In this document: one piece after another, positions 16,604 through 21,358 of the stretch
How the letters are laid out: each line of letters begins with the position of its first letter
Position numbering within the stretch: the stretch's first letter is position 1
Translations under genes and position numbers: made by a program
The notes under the pieces: generated by a model
The model's input: only the letters and a program-made list of their open reading frames with translations
Databases searched by the model: none
What the model was told of the DNA's origin: nothing
Source: an uncultured Deinococcales bacterium
GTDB lineage: Bacteria > Deinococcota > Deinococci > Deinococcales > JAAFIG01
DNA: 21,358 nt
Direction of reading: 5' to 3'
Assembly (NCBI GenBank): GCA_964244895.1
Contig: CAXTKV010000077.1
Coordinates: 1 to 21,358 of the forward strand

Positions 16604-18412
16604 TCAAGCTGGGCGCGAGGCAGCCTCCGGCGCAGTCGTGGACCGAGCGGGTGTCGGCTCGCGGAACTGGCGGCGGTACAGGTCGGCGTAGCGCCCGTTC
16701 TGCTCGAGCAGTTGCGCGTGCGTGCCGCGTTCCACGATCCGTCCGGCTTCGATCACCAGGATCAGGTCGGCGCTCAAAACGGTGGATAAACGGTGCGCGA
16801 TCACGACGCTGGTGCGGCCCGCAAGAAGCGTCTCGAGGGCCTTCTGGATGATCGCTTCGGTGCGCGTGTCCACGTTGGCGGTGGCCTCGTCCAGGATCAG
16901 GATGCGCGGGTCGGCCAGGACAGCCCTGGCAAAACTGAGCAACTGGCGTTGGCCCTGCGACAGGTTCCCGCCGCCCTCGCCGAGCGGAGTGTCGTAGCCC
17001 TGCGGCAGCGCGGTAATGAAATCGTGGGCGTTGGCGGCTCTGGCCGCCGTCTCGACCTCGGTTTGCGTGGCGCTGAGCTTGCCGTAACGGATGTTTTCCC
17101 CGATCGTGCCGCTGAACAAGAACGCTTCCTGCAAGACCATCGCGATGTTGGAACGCAGGCTCTGTCTCGTGACCTCGCGCACGTCGCGCCCGTCCACGCG
17201 CACGCTACCGCCCGTCGCGTCGTAGAAGCGCGGGATCAGGCTGGCGATGGTCGTCTTGCCTGCGCCCGTGCTGCCGACCAGCGCGAGGGTCTGACCGGGT
17301 TCGACGGTGAAACTCACGTCCGTCAGGACGTTCCGGCTCGAGTCGTAACTGAAGTTGACCCGATCGAACTCGATCTTGCCGCGCGCCGCCTCCAGGGTCG
17401 GGATGTTCGGAGGGTCGGCGGGCTCGAGGGTTTCGTCCAGAATCGCGTAGATGCGTTCCGCGCCCGCCAGCGCGCTCTGAAGCTGCGTGTAGACGCTGGC
17501 CGCGAGCTGAATCGGTCGGAAGAACTGCTGCACGTACAGCAGGAAGGCCGCCAGCAAGCCGACCGTCAGGTTTCCCCGAAGCGTCAGCCAGCCGCCGTAG
17601 CCGATCACCAGCGCCGTGGCCAGCGTGCTCAGCACGTCGATCGACGGCGAGAACGCGCTGGTGATGCCGACCGCCTGAACGTTGGCGTCGCGGTTGGCGG
17701 CGTTGCGCGTCCTGAAACGGTCAATGTTCGCCTGGGTGCGGTTGAAGGCTTGCGCCTCGCGCACGCCGACGATCTCTTCTTGAATGTCCGCCGTCACGTC
17801 CCCGACCGTCTCGCGCGTGCGCCGGAAGGCGGCCCGCGCTCGAGCCGCGAAAAACGCGGTCGTCAGCAGCATCGCCGGGATGACCGTGAAACTCGCCAGC
17901 GCGAGCGGCACGTTCAGCGCCAGCATCGCCACCAGAATCCCGATCAGCCCGAACAGCGACCCCAAGAGTTGCGTCAAGCCCTGCGAAAAAAGCGTGTTGA
18001 GCGTGTCCACGTCGTTCAGCACGCGGCTCATCAGGTCTCCGACGGGCCGCGTGTCGAAATACGAGAGCGGCAAGCGCTGCAGGTGGCTGAACAACCGCTC
18101 GCGCAACCCCGCCAGCAGGCGCTGCGCGATCCCGCCGATCAGCATGGTCTGCGATCTGGACGTGATTGAACCCACGATGTAGACGCCCAGAAGCTCGAGC
18201 ATCCGCACCGTCAGGCCGTTCGGGTCGCGTTTGGAAATGTTTTCGTCGATGGCGCGCCCGACCAGCCACGGCCCGCCCGCCTGCGCCAGCGCCCCGACCA
18301 CGATCAAGAAGAACGCGAACAGCAAACTCGAGCGGTACGGCGCGAATTCCGCCAATAAACGCCGCGCCGTCTGACCGCGGTTCTTGGCCTTCTCCTGCGG
18401 AGCCTGCGCCAT
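16604..18412 (-). CDS. ABC exporter, fused TMD-NBD (second subunit of heterodimer)
   Basis: GSTGAGKTT Walker A, LSQGQRQ signature, ILILDEATANVD, VIAHRLST. Confidence 0.93.
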   Translation of the reverse strand: MAQAPQEKAKNRGQTARRLLAEFAPYRSSLLFAFFLIVVGALAQAGGPWLVGRAIDENISKRDPNGLTVRMLELLGVYIVGSITSRSQTMLIGGIAQRLLAGLRERLFSHLQRLPLSYFDTRPVGDLMSRVLNDVDTLNTLFSQGLTQLLGSLFGLIGILVAMLALNVPLALASFTVIPAMLLTTAFFAARARAAFRRTRETVGDVTADIQEEIVGVREAQAFNRTQANIDRFRTRNAANRDANVQAVGITSAFSPSIDVLSTLATALVIGYGGWLTLRGNLTVGLLAAFLLYVQQFFRPIQLAASVYTQLQSALAGAERIYAILDETLEPADPPNIPTLEAARGKIEFDRVNFSYDSSRNVLTDVSFTVEPGQTLALVGSTGAGKTTIASLIPRFYDATGGSVRVDGRDVREVTRQSLRSNIAMVLQEAFLFSGTIGENIRYGKLSATQTEVETAARAANAHDFITALPQGYDTPLGEGGGNLSQGQRQLLSFARAVLADPRILILDEATANVDTRTEAIIQKALETLLAGRTSVVIAHRLSTVLSADLILVIEAGRIVERGTHAQLLEQNGRYADLYRRQFREPTPARSTTAPEAASRPA

Positions 18413-18438
18413 GCTGGCCAGGCTTCCCGGAGGCCCCC

Positions 18439-20304
18439 TCACGCCGCACCGCCCTTGCCAATGGCCGGAACGGTCGCGGGGGCTCGAGGTGCATCGGGTT
18501 TGAGTTGCGAGCCCAGAATCTCGTTGTAGAGCTCGCTGGTCTGCAACAATTCCTCGTGCGTGCCGGAGGCTTTGATCGCGCCATCGTCCAGCACGAGGAT
18601 CAGATTCGCGTCCCTGACGGTACTGACGCGTTGCGCAATCACGAAGGTCGTGCGGTGCGCGGCGCGCATCAGCCGATCCAGCGCGTCCTGGATCAGCCCT
18701 TCGGTCTGCGCGTCCACCGCTGAGGTGCTGTCGTCCAGGATCAGCAACCTCGGGTTGACCAACAAAGCCCTGGCGATGGCGATGCGCTGGCGTTGCCCGC
18801 CAGAGAGGCCCACCCCGCGTTCGCCCACCACCGTGTCGTAACCGTTCGGCAGGTGCATCACGAACTCGTGCGCCTGAGCGGCCTGAGCTGCCGCCTCGAC
18901 CTCGGCTTGGGTGGCCTCCGGTTTGCCGTAGGCGATGTTTTCGCGCACCGTGCCGCTGAACAAGAGCGCCTCTTGCAGGACTGTCCCGACCTGCGATCGC
19001 AAACTCTCGAGCGTCACGTCGCGCACATCCAGGTCGTCGATCAGCACCGCGCCAGCCGTCGCGTCGTAGAAACGTGGGATCAGGTTCGTCAGCGTGCTCT
19101 TGCCGGAACCCGTCGTGCCGAGAAGCGCCACGACCTGACCGGGCTGGACGGTGAAGCTCACGCCGCGCAGGATCTCGCGCTCAGAGCCGGCGTACCGGAA
19201 ACGCACCTCGCGGAACTCGACCTTTCCCTGCACGGCGGGCAGTTCCTTCGCGCCAGGTTTGTCCTGAACCTCCAACGGCGCGTCCAGCACCTCGAACACG
19301 CGCAAGGCCGAAGCGCCCGCCCTCGAGATGCTGGCCGCCAGGAAGCCCAGCGTCAGGATCGGTTGCACCAGGAAACCCAGATAAGAATTGAACGCGATCA
19401 ACTCGCCGATGGTCAAGCGGCTTCCCAGCACCTCGAGCCCACCGAACCAAACGACCGCCAGCGTGCCCAGGTTGGCGAAGAAGACCACGAACGGGAAGTT
19501 GTTGCTGATCGCCTGCACCGTCTCGATGTTGCGATCGCGCAGGTTCTCGTTGGCGGCGCGGTAGCGGCTCGCCTCGAAATCCTCGCGCGCGAAGGCGCGC
19601 ACCACGCGCAAACCCTGCAAATCTTCTTGAAGGATCGTGTTCAGCTTGCCCAGCGCCACCTGCACCCGCCCGAAGAGCGGCCCGACGCGGCTGACGAAAC
19701 GAAGGAGCAGCAGCACGATCGGCGGGATCGTCAACAGGGCCACGACCGCCAATCGCGCGTTGATGGCGAGCAACAAAATCACCGTGCCGATCAAGGTCAC
19801 GCCCGCCGCCGCCATCTGCACGATGCCGCCACCGACGAAAGTGCGCACCTGTTCGACATCGTTGGTCAGACGCGTCACGAGCTGGCCCGTCTGCGCCTGG
19901 TCGTAATAGCTGAAGCTCAGGCGCTGCAACCTGGAAAACAGGCCCTCGCGCAGATCGAAGGCCACGCCCTGCGAGGCGCGCTCCGCCAGGTAACCCTGCA
20001 AGAAGGTGAACAAGCCGCGCACGACCGCCACCCCGACCAGCCCGCCGACCGCGATCAGCACGGTGTTCCAGTCACTTTTGGCGATGCCGCCATCGACCGC
20101 GATCTGGATCATGCGGGGCGCGACCAGGTTGGCCGCCGTGACAAGCAACAAGGCCACCAGCGCGCCCGCCGTCTCGAGCCGATACGATCGCAAGTATCCG
20201 AGCGCCCGCCCGACGGCCTTGCTGGCTCCCGGCGCGGGTGGAGGTCGTCCCCCAGGAGCACCAGCGCCATTGGGTGGTGCAGCGCCGTTCGGTCGTTGCG
20301 TCAT
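18439..20304 (-). CDS. ABC exporter, fused TMD-NBD (first subunit of heterodimer)
   Basis: GTTGSGKST, LSGGQRQR, LILDDSTSAVD, IAQRVST; GGAGG RBS before ATG 20304. Confidence 0.93.
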   Translation of the reverse strand: MTQRPNGAAPPNGAGAPGGRPPPAPGASKAVGRALGYLRSYRLETAGALVALLLVTAANLVAPRMIQIAVDGGIAKSDWNTVLIAVGGLVGVAVVRGLFTFLQGYLAERASQGVAFDLREGLFSRLQRLSFSYYDQAQTGQLVTRLTNDVEQVRTFVGGGIVQMAAAGVTLIGTVILLLAINARLAVVALLTIPPIVLLLLRFVSRVGPLFGRVQVALGKLNTILQEDLQGLRVVRAFAREDFEASRYRAANENLRDRNIETVQAISNNFPFVVFFANLGTLAVVWFGGLEVLGSRLTIGELIAFNSYLGFLVQPILTLGFLAASISRAGASALRVFEVLDAPLEVQDKPGAKELPAVQGKVEFREVRFRYAGSEREILRGVSFTVQPGQVVALLGTTGSGKSTLTNLIPRFYDATAGAVLIDDLDVRDVTLESLRSQVGTVLQEALLFSGTVRENIAYGKPEATQAEVEAAAQAAQAHEFVMHLPNGYDTVVGERGVGLSGGQRQRIAIARALLVNPRLLILDDSTSAVDAQTEGLIQDALDRLMRAAHRTTFVIAQRVSTVRDANLILVLDDGAIKASGTHEELLQTSELYNEILGSQLKPDAPRAPATVPAIGKGGAA

Positions 20305-20413
20305 CAAGATCCTCCCCGCGCGGCCCTGTTCCGGGTCGAGCGCAGTAGACATTACATCCCCTGGGCCGTGAATCGCTCGTGAACGCGGCTACATTAATCT
20401 CGAGGTTGTGCAT

Positions 20414-20469
20414 GAGAACACCGTCCAGCACGCGAAATCGAGGACGCGTGCTGGACGGTGTTTCTCGAG
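20414..20469. repeat. Best-preserved ACACCGTCCAG-family hairpin
   Basis: AACACCGTCCAGCACGCG-10 nt-CGCGTGCTGGACGGTGTT, perfect 18-bp stem, followed by tCTCGAG. Confidence 0.9.
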
Positions 20470-20508
20470 AATCTAAGCTGAGGTACGTCACGCCGTATGC
20501 TCGAGGAC

Positions 20509-21252
20509 ATGAAATTCTGGCAACTGGCCCTGATCTCGAGCCTCACGCTGTTGAGCATCACGCTCGTTCTCGCGTCGGGCACAGTTCAGGTCGGTGTGTT
20601 CGACCCGAAAACCCTGAAACCCACCGATCAGGGCGACCTGTTCACCGTTCAGAACGGCGAGCCCGCCCAGCGTTTAACCACCTGGGGCCACAATTTCGCG
20701 CCCGTGATCTCGAGGGATGGGCGCTTCGGCGTGTACCGATCAAAGACTCAAGCCTCACTGGATGCGGACGCCATCGTGGGCGCTCCTGGCCCGCCGTCTG
20801 TGGTCAACCTGTACGTACTCGATCTCGAGCGATTGAAGATTCTCAAGCTGACCTCGCAGGGTGCGATCCGATCAGATGTCGTGTGGTCTCCGGATTCGGG
20901 TGCTTTCGCGTGGCTCGAGAGTCGGCCCGGAACACCCGATACGGTCACTGGTCCAAATCGTCTGATGTTGTACGCACTCAAGCAGGGGCGCACCCGAGAA
21001 CTGCTCGGTGGTGTCCCATCCAACGGTGGGGTGGGCGGGTGGGATATCTTTTACCTTCGATGGACTTCGCGCGGCATTCTGGTGGCGGCTGATCCCACGG
21101 ACACCTTGACCAATTTCGAGTGCTATCTGGTGGATGTAGCGCACGGTGGGCGCATCCGCCGTGCCACGGTTCCCAAAGCTGTTCCCGCGTACAAACCCAA
21201 TGGCGCTGTGAGCGATGAAACGTATTTCTCACCGTGTGCGAGGATCTTCTAA
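20509..21252 (+). CDS. Putative secreted protein with TolB-like beta-propeller repeats
   Basis: Signal-like MKFWQLALISSLTLLSITLVLA; RLTTWGHNFAPVISRDGR and KLTSQGAIRSDVVWSPDSGAFAW resemble PD40 repeats. Confidence 0.65.
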   Translation: MKFWQLALISSLTLLSITLVLASGTVQVGVFDPKTLKPTDQGDLFTVQNGEPAQRLTTWGHNFAPVISRDGRFGVYRSKTQASLDADAIVGAPGPPSVVNLYVLDLERLKILKLTSQGAIRSDVVWSPDSGAFAWLESRPGTPDTVTGPNRLMLYALKQGRTRELLGGVPSNGGVGGWDIFYLRWTSRGILVAADPTDTLTNFECYLVDVAHGGRIRRATVPKAVPAYKPNGAVSDETYFSPCARIF

Positions 21253-21275
21253 AGCCCGCCCCATCAGGAACCCCG

Positions 21276-21353
21276 TTCTTGCTCACGGAAGAGCACCTGC
21301 CGGGCTGTTCGCGCTTCTTGCTCACGGAAGAGCACCTACCGGGCTGTTCGCGC
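21276..21353. repeat. 39-bp tandem duplication (2 copies, 1 mismatch)
   Basis: ttcttgctcacggaagagcacct(g/a)ccgggctgttcgcgc at 21276-21314 and 21315-21353. Confidence 0.9.
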
Positions 21354-21358
21354 TCCAG

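Noticed and set aside
10050..20382. Very long antisense ORFs (627, 535, 458, 529 aa)
   Set aside because: Shadow frames of glgC, mdh and the ABC genes, expected from high-GC codon bias.
244..20469. Hairpin repeats as a CRISPR array or integron attC sites
   Set aside because: Irregular spacing, degenerate copies, housekeeping genes between them in both orientations, no cas or integrase gene, no RYYYAAC/GTTRRRY ends.

Overview
High-GC chromosomal window from a member of Deinococcota (Deinococcus-Thermus), judged from DdrO, IrrE, DdrA-like and Thermus-type SigA-like proteins. The left end holds a compact radiation/desiccation-response locus: a Rad52/DdrA-like gene and a 101-aa gene are divergent from ddrO, two 17-bp RDRM-like operators overlap the divergent promoters, and a YjbR/MmcQ gene and irrE follow ddrO. 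The rest encodes a VOC protein, KirBac channel, AbrB/Doc toxin-antitoxin pair (Doc lacks the catalytic His), histone H1-like protein with a structured leader, diverged SigA-type sigma factor, CMD/AhpD protein, glgC, MFS, folP-folB, mdh, a heterodimeric ABC exporter and a secreted TolB-like protein. Two sequence-level phenomena are unexplained by the genes: CTCGAG occurs about 115 times by hand count (roughly 15-fold above expectation), and a dispersed hairpin family (arm GAGAACACCGTCCAGCACGCG) occurs at about 17 intergenic loci, often ending on CTCGAG. All calls come from reading the sequence; no database search was run.
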